Positions 1-8,353 are shown, numbered from the stretch's first letter. The stretch is 13,343 nt of DNA from Pedosphaera sp. (GCA_031414955.1 JANOQV010000243.1:1-13343), one strand, 5' to 3'. Notes: generated from the sequence alone by a model not told the origin. A program made the numbers and translations.

Positions 1-414
1 GATCTGCCGCCCGAGGAATCGGAGAACTACGAAGCGATCATGGCCGCCGCCGGCTTGTGCAACATCTACCTCATCGCGCCCACCACGCCGGAGGAGCGGA
101 TGGAACTGATCGCCAAGCGCGCCCGGGGATTCATCTACTACGTCTCGCGCGAAGGCGTGACGGGGATGCAATCCAAGGTCTCCGACACCATCGCCGACAT
201 GACGGCGAAGATTCGCGCGCACACCACGCTACCGATTGCCGTCGGTTTCGGCGTGTCTAATCCCGAGCAGGCGCGGACGGTGGCGCAATTTGGCGAGGCC
301 GTGGTGGTGGGCAGCGCCATCGTGAACCAAATCGCCGAACACGGGCACTCGGCGGATCTCGTGCCCATCGTCTCTGACTTTGTTCGTGCGCTCGCGAAAG
401 GCGTGAAACCATGA
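1..414 (+). CDS. trpA: Tryptophan synthase alpha subunit, 5' end cut off by the window edge
   Basis: The frame is open from base 1 (DLPPEES). It carries the TrpA motifs LIAPTTPEER, GFIYYVSREGVTG, PIAVGFGVS and VVVGSAIV. Confidence 0.97.
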   Translation, partial: DLPPEESENYEAIMAAAGLCNIYLIAPTTPEERMELIAKRARGFIYYVSREGVTGMQSKVSDTIADMTAKIRAHTTLPIAVGFGVSNPEQARTVAQFGEAVVVGSAIVNQIAEHGHSADLVPIVSDFVRALAKGVKP

Positions 415-1547
415 AGAAGAAAACTGATAATCCCAACGAGCGTTTTGTCATCATCATGGCCGGCGGGCGGGGCGAGCGCTTCTGGCCGGTCAGCCGCGAG
501 AAGACGCCCAAGCAGTTGCTCACGCTGCTCAGCAAGCAGTCCTTCCTCCAGGAAGCTGTGGAGCGGGTGCTGCCGTTGGTCCCGATCAAAAACATCTTCG
601 TCATCACCAACGAGGCGCAGGCCGCCGCAGTCCGGAAGCAACTGCCCAAGCTGCCCAAGGACAACGTGGTGGCGGAGCCGATCGGGCGCGACACCTGCGC
701 GGCGGTCACACTGGGCGCGGCACTGGTCGGGGCGCGTTCCACAACGGGTGTGATGGCGGTGTTGCCGGCGGACCACGTCATTCCCGAGCAGAAAAAATTT
801 CAACAAGTGCTGGCCGATGCCTTCGACCTCGCGGCGCGCGGCCAGGCCATCGTCACCATCGGCATCAAGCCCACCGAGCCAGCCACGGGCTACGGCTACA
901 TTCAGGTGGGCGAGCCGTTGCCGCCGCCGCAGGGCGCGAAGCCCTACAAGACCACGTTCTTCCGCGCCGAGCGTTTCGTGGAGAAGCCGAACCTGGATCG
1001 CGCGCTGGAGTATTTGAACAGCGGTCATTATCGATGGAACGCCGGCATGTTCATCTGGTCCTTCGTGACCGTGACGGAAGGTTTGCAGAAACATCAGCCG
1101 GAAATGTACGCCGCGTGCCAGCGTTGGTTCGCGGCCGCCAAAAGTCCGGCCAAGCTGGCCAAGGTGCTGGCCAAGGAGTATCCCGAGATCAAGAAAGTCT
1201 CCATCGACTACGCCCTGATGGAGCACGCGCAGAATGTGGTCGTGGCCGACGGCGCCTTCGAATGGGACGACCTCGGCTCCTGGAACGCGCTGGCCCGGCA
1301 TCTCAAGGCCGACCCCGAAGGGAACTGCGCCGTGGGCGATTTCATCCACGTCGATGCCGCGCGCAACATCATCTACGACGCGCGCCGCAAGGACCGCCGC
1401 ACGCCCATCGCCGTGGTGGGATTACGCGACTCGATTCTTGTGCAGACCGACGATGCCGTGCTGCTCGCGCACAAGAGCCAGTCGCAAAAGGTGAAGGAGT
1501 TGGTGAAGAAACTGGCCGAAGATCCGCGCCTGAAGAGACTCGTCTGA
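411..1547 (+). CDS. manC: Mannose-1-phosphate guanylyltransferase, monofunctional (no C-terminal isomerase cupin domain apparent)
   Basis: Motifs IMAGGRGERFWPVSR..PKQLL, EPIGRDT, FVEKP, WNAGMF, SIDYALME and WDDLGSW. ATGA overlap with the trpA stop at 411-414. Confidence 0.93.
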   Translation: MKKKTDNPNERFVIIMAGGRGERFWPVSREKTPKQLLTLLSKQSFLQEAVERVLPLVPIKNIFVITNEAQAAAVRKQLPKLPKDNVVAEPIGRDTCAAVTLGAALVGARSTTGVMAVLPADHVIPEQKKFQQVLADAFDLAARGQAIVTIGIKPTEPATGYGYIQVGEPLPPPQGAKPYKTTFFRAERFVEKPNLDRALEYLNSGHYRWNAGMFIWSFVTVTEGLQKHQPEMYAACQRWFAAAKSPAKLAKVLAKEYPEIKKVSIDYALMEHAQNVVVADGAFEWDDLGSWNALARHLKADPEGNCAVGDFIHVDAARNIIYDARRKDRRTPIAVVGLRDSILVQTDDAVLLAHKSQSQKVKELVKKLAEDPRLKRLV

Positions 1548-1605
1548 GTGGCGGTTGCGGAACCGGTGCCTCGCGGCCGCGTGTGGCCCGGATCGATCCC
1601 CGGCT

Positions 1606-2535
1606 TTACTTCAAGGCCGGGGTGAGCGGGGGCACGCCGCTCGCGCCGCCCAGCGAGAGATAAAAGGCTTCGAGGGTCTTGCCCTCCGGCGTGATTTCCT
1701 GCACACGCAAACCAGCCCCGACCAGCGCGCTGACCACATCGGCCGCGTCCGCCCCGGGGCGCAAGGCCACCGCTTCGGCCTCCCGGGCTTGAGTAATGAG
1801 TCGCGCGCTTTCCAGCACGCGCACGGCGGCGGGAAAGTCATTCACGCGCAAACGCAGCCAGTGGCCGTGGCCGGTCGCCTGCCCCACCGTGCCCTCAAAA
1901 ACTTTCCGACCCTGCCGCAGCACGGCGATGCGCGTGCAGAGTTGCTCGACTTCGTTAAGCAGATGCGACGAGAGCAGAATGGTGAGGTTTAACTCGCTGT
2001 TGAGCCGCTGAATGGTGTGGCGCAATTCGTGAATGCCCTCGGGGTCGAGTCCATCGGCCGGCTCGTCGAGGATGAGCAACTCGGGATTGGGCAGGAGCGC
2101 CTGGGCCAGCGCCAGTCTCGTCCTCATGCCGTGCGAGTAGGTCTTCACTTTCGATAATTCGCGCCCGCTCAGACCGACCCATTCGATGACTTCGAACAAT
2201 CGTGCCCGCGAGACCGGTGCGGAGTATTGCGCCAGCACTTCCAGGTTCCGATAGCCGCTCAGGTAGTCGTAAAAGACGGGCGCCTCAAAAATTGCGCCGA
2301 CCCGCTGCAAGGCCGGTTGGCGTGCGCGGGTGACATCGTGGCCGCAGACCAGCACCTCGCCCGAGGTGGGCCAGACCTGGCCGAGCATCATGCCGATGGC
2401 CGTGCTTTTCCCCGCCCCGTTATGCCCGAGCAGGCCGAAGATTTCCCCGCGCGGCACCGTGAGATCGAGACCATCCAGTGCGACGCGCCCGCCAAAGACT
2501 TTGCGCAGAGAACGGAGTTCGATGAGGGCGCTCAC
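1606..2535 (-). CDS. ABC transporter ATP-binding protein (ABC-2/BcrA-like exporter type)
   Basis: Walker A GHNGAGKS, signature variant YSHGMRTRL, Walker B LLILDEP, H-loop SSHLL and a C-terminal TLEAFYL. Confidence 0.95.
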   Translation of the reverse strand: MSALIELRSLRKVFGGRVALDGLDLTVPRGEIFGLLGHNGAGKSTAIGMMLGQVWPTSGEVLVCGHDVTRARQPALQRVGAIFEAPVFYDYLSGYRNLEVLAQYSAPVSRARLFEVIEWVGLSGRELSKVKTYSHGMRTRLALAQALLPNPELLILDEPADGLDPEGIHELRHTIQRLNSELNLTILLSSHLLNEVEQLCTRIAVLRQGRKVFEGTVGQATGHGHWLRLRVNDFPAAVRVLESARLITQAREAEAVALRPGADAADVVSALVGAGLRVQEITPEGKTLEAFYLSLGGASGVPPLTPALK

Positions 2536-2565
2536 AAATCAAGCCCCCTTGAAACCCTGGCCGAG

Positions 2566-2685
2566 TTTGGACGGCGGAGGCAGGCGTAACGCGACACCGC
2601 TTCAGGCAGGATGCAAGTCAGCGTGCTGGCCCAGTCCGTCCGCTCGAAAGCACCGGTGCCGCTTTGCCCGGCCGGAGCGGTCCCC
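2566..2685. repeat. Degenerate inverted pair of REP-like arms (REPIN-like)
   Basis: Left arm tttggacggcggaggcaggcgtaacgcgacaccgcttc (2566-2603) partly matches the reverse complement of 2647-2685 (ggggaccgctccggccgggcaaagcggcaccggtgcttt). Shared blocks are ggacNgc, gcgRcaccg and gctt. The match is weak. Confidence 0.4.
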
Positions 2686-2716
2686 ATGCTCTGATTCGCC
2701 ATCGCGCGTTTCATCC

Positions 2717-3334
2717 TCACTTGGTTCCCTCGATGGCCAGCAGGTTTTTGATGTGGCCGTCGGCGTAGAGGTAGTTCACGCCGCGCCCGTTCCCGATCGC
2801 GGCGTGGAATGCCTCCTTGTCGAACGCGATGGGGATGTTGTGCGGATCAAAGTTGATGGCGAGAACCGTCAAGCGGTCGGCATCCTGACCGTTGATCAGA
2901 ATGTTCCACCCGTAGCTTGAACCCGTTTGCTCAAACAACTGAGGGCGATCGGACGGACAGCGGAGCACGTTGGGATTGCCCAGGTAATTGGAGAGAACCA
3001 CGTTCATCGTGAACTCGGCATTGGTCACCATCCCGCCAGCCAGCACGGCATCGTAGATCCTGGGCAGCTTGTTCTCGTTATCATGCACATGCATCTGCAC
3101 CGCCAACCCGAGCTGCCGCAAGTTGCTCAAACACGCGGTCGAGCGGCCGCGCTCCTGCGCGCGATTCACGACCGGCAGCAGGAGCGCGGCGAGAATGGCG
3201 ATGATGGCGATGACCACGAGCAGTTCGATGAGGGTGAAGGCGGCATCAGAGTCGAGAGTTGGAGGTTGAGGGTTGAGAGATGGAGGCCGCGCGCCACTCA
3301 CCGACTCAAATTCGACTTCCCCGCGCACGTTCAC
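2717..3334 (-). CDS. Prepilin-type N-terminal cleavage/methylation protein (PVC-type, with a C-terminal H-X9-DG-like motif)
   Basis: [23 protein letters not shown] (Phe+1, Glu+5), [15 protein letters not shown] and [18 protein letters not shown]. The GTG start overlaps the upstream stop (GTGA). Confidence 0.92.
   Translation of the reverse strand: MNVRGEVEFESVSGARPPSLNPQPPTLDSDAAFTLIELLVVIAIIAILAALLLPVVNRAQERGRSTACLSNLRQLGLAVQMHVHDNENKLPRIYDAVLAGGMVTNAEFTMNVVLSNYLGNPNVLRCPSDRPQLFEQTGSSYGWNILINGQDADRLTVLAINFDPHNIPIAFDKEAFHAAIGNGRGVNYLYADGHIKNLLAIEGTK
3249..3307. repeat. Heptamer tandem repeat plus an inverted partner in the prepilin leader-coding region
   Basis: Units gtcgaga gttggag gttgagg gttgaga gatggag at 3251-3285. 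gagtcg (3249-3254) is the reverse complement of cgactc (3302-3307). Confidence 0.7.
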
Positions 3335-3939
3335 CGGCGTCCCGGCCTCCCGCCGGATTCGAGCACGCGCTGCATTTCCTCGAGCAGCGGCGCGACCTCC
3401 GCCTTAGTCTGCGCGGAACTCTCCGCGAAAAAAGTCTTCAACCCGACCGTGCGAATCTTCGTCTCCAGTTCCGGACTAACCGCCGGGTCACGTCCTTCCT
3501 CTCCAGTCCTGCCCTCCCCCGAAGCCTGATCCTCGCGCATTCTCTTCATCGCCTCGTCGATGGTGCGCTTGCGTTTGTCTTCGGGCAGTTTCTCGAACGC
3601 TGTGATCATTTGCTTCACGCCCGTGGGGAACGTCGCCTCAATGAAGGCTTCCTTCTCAGCCTCACTCATCACCGTGAACCAGGATTCCCAATCGCGGCTG
3701 CCGCGCGCCGCGCGCCGCTCCTCGGGTGGCAAAGCGTTCATCTTGTCGGCCAGCTTGCGCAGCGCACGGTTCCGTTCCGCGCCCTGGAGCTGGCCGAGAT
3801 CGACCGATTGGACGTATGCGCGAAACTTCTCTGCCGTCATCCGCGAATGGCGGGCCAGGACAAACCCGGCCCAGGTCAGAAGCCAGATGGCGACGACAAT
3901 GGTCCCAGCCAGTCCGAGGGAGCGCGCACGCCGATTCAT
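3331..3939 (-). CDS. Hypothetical protein with an N-terminal membrane anchor and a charged helical body
   Basis: Basic N-terminus followed by hydrophobic [22 protein letters not shown]. The rest is E/K/R-rich. Its stop overlaps the prepilin gene start. Confidence 0.85.
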   Translation of the reverse strand: MNRRARSLGLAGTIVVAIWLLTWAGFVLARHSRMTAEKFRAYVQSVDLGQLQGAERNRALRKLADKMNALPPEERRAARGSRDWESWFTVMSEAEKEAFIEATFPTGVKQMITAFEKLPEDKRKRTIDEAMKRMREDQASGEGRTGEEGRDPAVSPELETKIRTVGLKTFFAESSAQTKAEVAPLLEEMQRVLESGGRPGRR

Positions 3940-4031
3940 TGTGAAGAGACTTTAACCACAGTGAAATGCCCTGCCACCAAAAAGCTGAAGTCGGGCGGAG
4001 TGGGGATGCATCATGTGAGCACGCCGTGAAA

Positions 4032-4586
4032 TCAATTGGCCGAAAGATCGCCCGGCTGTTGGGAGATGAGCCGGTACTTCCAGCCTTTGAGCTTGAGAAT
4101 CATCGCCCACAACTCCTCCGGCCTTTGGCAAAACACCAGTTCCAGGGAGGCCGGATGCGTGAGCCAAGTGTCGCGTTTCATTTCATCCTCAAGCTGGCCC
4201 GGACTCCATCCCGAATAGCCGGCAAAGACCTTGAGGCGTTGGGTGCTCGAAAAAGCATCGCCCAGATCAACCAGTTCCTCGATCGAATGATTGAGGTTGA
4301 GATGGGGCATCACGTTCGCGTCCGGCAAAAACTCATCGCCATGCAGGTAGCTCATCGCCTGTGGTTGGACCGGGCCGCCCAGAAAAAGTTCCTGGGCCTT
4401 GATCGTTTCGGAAAGATTGGCCGTGAGGCCATCGCCCACCGTGCGTCCGGTCTGGCGGTTGAGCACGAGGCCGAATGCGCCGTCCGGGTCGTGCTGGCAG
4501 ATGAGCAGGACGCTGCGATGGAAGAACGAACCATGCAGCCGTCCGTTATCCAGCAGCAACTTCCCTTTCAATGATTTGAACGCCAT
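4032..4586 (-). CDS. YqgE/AlgH family protein (DUF179/UPF0301)
   Basis: Motifs FHRSVLLICQH, GAFGLVLNR, LFLGGPV, VFAGYSGWSPGQLEDEM and W..L. The start is placed at ATG 4586 (MAFKS), which has GAGG upstream. The longer ORF start at 4736 runs into the tRNA. Confidence 0.93.
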   Translation of the reverse strand: MAFKSLKGKLLLDNGRLHGSFFHRSVLLICQHDPDGAFGLVLNRQTGRTVGDGLTANLSETIKAQELFLGGPVQPQAMSYLHGDEFLPDANVMPHLNLNHSIEELVDLGDAFSSTQRLKVFAGYSGWSPGQLEDEMKRDTWLTHPASLELVFCQRPEELWAMILKLKGWKYRLISQQPGDLSAN

Positions 4587-4601
4587 GGAAACCTCGCGGC
4601 G

Positions 4602-4630
4602 AATATGAGCCAAGCCGCACCGGATGACAA
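4602..4630 (-). promoter_or_regulatory. Putative sigma70 promoter for the YqgE/AlgH gene
   Basis: Minus strand TTGTCA-17 nt-CATATT, 15 nt before the ATG. Confidence 0.55.
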
Positions 4631-4683
4631 ATGCGGTTTGAAGGACGGGAGGCGGCGGATGATTGGCCACGTCAAATAACCGC

Positions 4684-4720
4684 TTGCGCCGCTCTGGGGT
4701 GCTCATTAAATTGCGCCTCC
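4684..4720 (+). promoter_or_regulatory. Putative sigma70 promoter for tRNA-Arg with a GC-rich discriminator
   Basis: TTGCGC (4684-4689)-17 nt-TAAATT (4707-4712), then GCGCCTCC. The tRNA starts 16 nt after the -10 box. Confidence 0.65.
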
Positions 4721-4728
4721 ATTTCGGG

Positions 4729-4805
4729 GCACGCATAGCTCAATTGGATAGAGCATCTGACTACGGATCAGAAGGTTCCAGGTTCAACTCCTGGTGCGTG
4801 CACCA
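4729..4805 (+). tRNA. tRNA-Arg (anticodon ACG)
   Basis: 77 nt. Acceptor stem GCACGCA/TGCGTGC, D arm GCTC..GAGC, anticodon arm TCTGA-CTACGGA-TCAGA, T arm CCAGG-TTCAACT-CCTGG, encoded CCA. Confidence 0.98.
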
Positions 4806-5049
4806 ACTTCACGACAGCTTGGGTCTGGATCGGATTCAGGCACACGGTGCGAGCCAGCATTCGGTTTCTCCAGCCCAGCTCCGGTCCGGCTTGGCTCGAT
4901 CAAATCAGGCGCCACTTCCAGGCCATGTCACCGCTCTCCGTCCGCCGGCTCCCGTCTTGAATCCCATTGTCTTCGCCACCGTCTCCGCTAACGTCGCGCC
5001 CGAGTTCGCGCGCGGGAGATAAGACCTCGCCGTCCGCCTGCTCACTGAC

Positions 5050-5751
5050 ATGGCTGAACCCGTTCCGGCAAAACCTTGGGCGCAAAAAATCCTGCGCGGC
5101 CTGCTGATCCTCCTTCTGCTCGCGGCTTTCGTGCTCGCGTTGCTCTGGGTGAGGCAATCGGGACTCCTGCCGCGCGCCCTGGCCTGGATCAGTTCCCTCG
5201 GCCCGTGGGGACCGATCATGTTTATTCTCATGTACATCGTCGTGGCCGTGCTGCTCGTGCCCGCTTCCATCCTGACCTTCGGTGCGGGCATCGTGTTCGG
5301 AATGGCTTACGGATCCATCTACGTGATGGTGGCGGCGACGGCAGCTTCCACTTTCGCCTTCCTCATCGGGCGCCACTTCGCCCGCGACTGGGTCGAGCGC
5401 AAGTTGGGCAACAATCAAAAGTTCAAGCTGCTCGACGAGGCGGCGGCGCGCGAAGGCTGGAAGATTGTCGCCCTGGTCCGGATCGCGCCCGTGTTCCCCT
5501 TCGGCCTGATGAGCTACGGCTTTGGCATCACGCGCGTTCCGTTCTGGCATTACTTCGCGGCCACCTTCGCCATGATTCCCGGCACGTTGATGTACATCTA
5601 CTTCGGCACACTGGTCGGCGATCTGGCGGGACTGGAGAAAGGCATCAAGTCGCCGCCCTGGGTGAAGTGGACCATCTTCGTGCTCGCCGTCATCGTCACC
5701 ACCTACGCCGCGCGCTTCGCCCGCCGCGCGTTGGCTAGACGCGTTTCCTGA
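5050..5751 (+). CDS. TVP38/TMEM64 (DedA/VTT superfamily) membrane protein
   Basis: Motifs LLVPASILTFGAGIVFG, AFLIGRHFARDWV, LVRIAPVFPFGLMSYGFG and MIPGTLMYIYFG. Several hydrophobic segments. Confidence 0.93.
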   Translation: MAEPVPAKPWAQKILRGLLILLLLAAFVLALLWVRQSGLLPRALAWISSLGPWGPIMFILMYIVVAVLLVPASILTFGAGIVFGMAYGSIYVMVAATAASTFAFLIGRHFARDWVERKLGNNQKFKLLDEAAAREGWKIVALVRIAPVFPFGLMSYGFGITRVPFWHYFAATFAMIPGTLMYIYFGTLVGDLAGLEKGIKSPPWVKWTIFVLAVIVTTYAARFARRALARRVS

Positions 5752-5940
5752 CTCAATGCGATCGGTTGCAGAGCCACTGCATGTAAGCGAGTTGATCCGC
5801 AACACCTCTGCGGCGATGGCCGGCACCGGCCGCCTCAGCGAACTGCTTTCTCGGCGAAGGCGACACCACCCGGTTGGAATTGAAAATGATTTACGGCACC
5901 GACCCAAGGGTAGCTCACCAACTCGCAACCGCTGGGCTAA

Positions 5941-6117
5941 GAGCCGGTCTGAAAATTTGGCCCCGGAGTGCGCCCGTCCTCGGGCGCAGCAAGGTGATGA
6001 GGCCGAGCGCGTTGGAAAAATCCACACCGACCTCCTTTGCCACGTGGCTGCGCCCGGGGACGGGCGCACTCCGGGGCCAGTGGCCTGCGCCGCCCAAACG
6101 ACTTTTCAGACAGGCTC
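5941..6117. mobile_element. MITE-like non-autonomous element (177 bp), possibly derived from an IS5-family element
   Basis: 15-bp terminal inverted repeats GAGCCGGTCTGAAAA (5941-5955) and TTTTCAGACAGGCTC (6103-6117), matching at 14 of 15. Flanks are TAA (5938-5940) and CAA (6118-6120), a possible decayed 3-bp target duplication. No transposase is present. Confidence 0.65.
5958..6079. repeat. 33-bp inverted repeat pair (REPIN-like), each arm with its own hairpin
   Basis: tggccccggagtgcgcccgtcctcgggcgcagc (5958-5990) matches the reverse complement of 6047-6079 at 32 of 33, with a 56-nt spacer. Each arm has GGAG followed by a gcgcccg-N4-cgggcgc hairpin. Confidence 0.9.
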
Positions 6118-6141
6118 CAAGTGCTGGAATCCCGTTGGGAA

Positions 6142-8346
6142 TCACTTCCCCGCTTCCGTCAGCAACCACTCCAGCGCGGCGGAACGGACTTGTCCGGGTT
6201 GGCCGGCAAAGCGCGTGAGGTTCTGGCCCGCGTTCAGCGCCAGGTATTGAGCTTGCGCCAGCGCCAGGGCTTCGGTGGTTTCATGGGCCACCCAGGTCCG
6301 GCCCGGCGCACCAAGCGCGAGCAGCGCCGGCAGATCACCATACTTCGCTCCACCGGGAAGAAAGTTCGGATCGTGGAGATCAAGGACCTGGCCAAAGCGG
6401 AACCCACCCGTATCGATGACGGCCTGGTCGATGGCTTCGCCGCCTTGCGCCCGGGCGGCGGCGACCCACGGGCCTGCACCGTCGAGACCCACCACCGTCA
6501 ACCGCTGCGCGGGACGTTTATTCCTCCTGGCGAACTTCACCACGGCCAGCACGTCGTGCACGCGGTGAACAAACAGGGCGGAATTGTAACCAAAGGTGTA
6601 GGCGCCGGATTCGCGCGGGTTTTTCACCCGCGGCGTCTTGGTCAATGGTTTGGCGTCGGCGAGGAACTCGCCCTGATGGAGCAAGTCCACGCCGATGACC
6701 GTCACGCCGGAGTTCACCAGCTTGGCGACATCCGGTTGCAGGGAACCGTCCGGGGCGTAGAGCGCGGATTTCCCCTCACCGCTCAACCAGACCACGGTGT
6801 GGCCGTTCGCGTTTTTTGGAGCGCAGATGACGGCGGGCAGTTCTTCCCGGTAAGTTTTGTTCCGCAACAGGCCGCTCGATTCGCTCCACAAATCACGGTC
6901 GGTTTTCTTGCTCTCCGCCCACTCCACCTCGCCGACCTCATCCAGGCCGCCGTCGAGCACGATGTCGAACGCGCGGCCGTACGTCATGCGGAAGCGGGCG
7001 GGCGTGGCCTGATCGGCGGCGAGTTGCTGTTGAGCGTCGGCGTGGAGTTGACGCAACAACTGCCGCTCAACATCCGGGTCGGCGGCCTTGGGTGCGGGAT
7101 GCTGGTCGTTCCAGACCGTCAGTTGCTCGCGCGGAAGCGGCACGTAGTCGCGTTCAATCACCGGCTCCTTCTGGCCCAGTTTGAAATGGCGATTGAGCCA
7201 GGTGTAGAATGCACCGCGCGAAACGGCGTTGTAGTTGTGGGGAAAATGTTCACCTCGTTTGAGCATGACGTTGTTGGGCGTGCCGAGCATCGTGTAAAGC
7301 TGCTTGAGTTCGGGAAATCCCTTCGTGGACATCTCCTTCGTCCAGTCGTTCGCGGTCGTCAAACCTTGCGGTTTGGGCGCGAACAGAGCGGCGAACTCGA
7401 TGTTGCCGGTGTTCACGCGCAACAGGCTGGAGTTCTCGCAGGTGCAACCACCCTGCATCGCAGTGCTCACCATCACGGCTGGGAATGAGAGCGTCACGCG
7501 CGGATCAATACCGGCCAGAAGCATCGTCTGCGTGCCGCCACCGCTCGCGCCCGTGATGGCGACGCGGTCGGGATCGACCTCGGGCAAGCCGAGCAGGAAG
7601 TCGAGCGAGCGGATGGCGTTCAACGTCTGCAAACCCATGATGCTTTGCAGGTGGGCCTCGGCTTGCGGGCTGTAGAGGCCCCAGTTTTCCACCGTGTTCA
7701 TTTCGGGGCGTTGCTTGGCGAAGCCATGGACGATCTGCCGGGAGAATTGCACCGCGTCGGAATCACTCAGCATGTCCCATTGCCAGACGACACAGCCCAT
7801 GCGCGCGAGCTGGACACACATCGACTGGAAGCGGCTGCGACCGCCTTGCTCAAACCGCTCCTCGCCTTCGGCCAGTTCGCGTCGCAATTCCACATCGGTG
7901 GACTCCGACAGCCGCGCGTTGGCCCAATGGCCATGCGCAAACAAAACTCCCGGCGCCTGGCCCTTGACGTTCTTCGGACGATAGAGGTTGCCCGTCACGA
8001 AGAAGCCCGGCGCGCTCTCGAAATACACTTTCTCCACCGTGTGATCGCCGCGATCAATTCTGCCGTGCATCACCGCCTTGAGCGGGGTCTTGGTCGGCAT
8101 CGGCCACAGTCCCTGCGAAACGAGAATCTGCCGGCGCACACGGTCGGCCCGCTTCGTCCACTCGGCCTTCGACTTCGGGGGAGTGAATGGAAAATAGCCG
8201 TCCAGATCCTTGAGCGGCTCCAGACGGAGATCGTTCGGCCGTTGGCCCTCGGGCAGGACACGCGGCGCGGCCGCCACCGCGACGGAGGCGAGCAGGCTTT
8301 GCGCTAGGAAAAGCCCGGCGGCGGAACGGAGGAATCGGGTGGTCAT
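6142..8346 (-). CDS. Secreted two-domain alpha/beta hydrolase (acetylxylan-esterase-like, substrate unknown)
   Basis: Signal peptide (..LLASVAVAA), EKVYFES.PG..VTGNLYRP, HGH, nucleophile elbow VAITGASGGGTQT, GGCTCEN and HFPHNYN. A second fold repeat appears near HDVLAVV..VVGLDGAG. Confidence 0.85.
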   Translation of the reverse strand: MTTRFLRSAAGLFLAQSLLASVAVAAAPRVLPEGQRPNDLRLEPLKDLDGYFPFTPPKSKAEWTKRADRVRRQILVSQGLWPMPTKTPLKAVMHGRIDRGDHTVEKVYFESAPGFFVTGNLYRPKNVKGQAPGVLFAHGHWANARLSESTDVELRRELAEGEERFEQGGRSRFQSMCVQLARMGCVVWQWDMLSDSDAVQFSRQIVHGFAKQRPEMNTVENWGLYSPQAEAHLQSIMGLQTLNAIRSLDFLLGLPEVDPDRVAITGASGGGTQTMLLAGIDPRVTLSFPAVMVSTAMQGGCTCENSSLLRVNTGNIEFAALFAPKPQGLTTANDWTKEMSTKGFPELKQLYTMLGTPNNVMLKRGEHFPHNYNAVSRGAFYTWLNRHFKLGQKEPVIERDYVPLPREQLTVWNDQHPAPKAADPDVERQLLRQLHADAQQQLAADQATPARFRMTYGRAFDIVLDGGLDEVGEVEWAESKKTDRDLWSESSGLLRNKTYREELPAVICAPKNANGHTVVWLSGEGKSALYAPDGSLQPDVAKLVNSGVTVIGVDLLHQGEFLADAKPLTKTPRVKNPRESGAYTFGYNSALFVHRVHDVLAVVKFARRNKRPAQRLTVVGLDGAGPWVAAARAQGGEAIDQAVIDTGGFRFGQVLDLHDPNFLPGGAKYGDLPALLALGAPGRTWVAHETTEALALAQAQYLALNAGQNLTRFAGQPGQVRSAALEWLLTEAGK

Positions 8347-8353
8347 GGCCGAC

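Larger units (their letters stand above)
5860..6142. repeat. REP-like composite repeat interrupted by an insertion at 5941-6117
   Basis: Two related motifs, acccggttggaat (5868-5880) and atcccgttgggaat (6129-6142), bracket an imperfect stem cccaagggtagc/gcaaccgctggg (5903-5936, 9 of 12 pairs). Confidence 0.5.

Noticed and set aside
1624..1642. Hairpin gagcgg-N7-ccgctc as a terminator between manC and the ABC gene
   Set aside because: It is a 6-bp stem inside the ABC coding end with no U-tract on either side.
5756..6250. ORFs 5756-6250(+), 5874-6218(+) and 5915-6169(-)
   Set aside because: They run through the nested inverted repeats, overlap the hydrolase 3' end and show no protein-like features.
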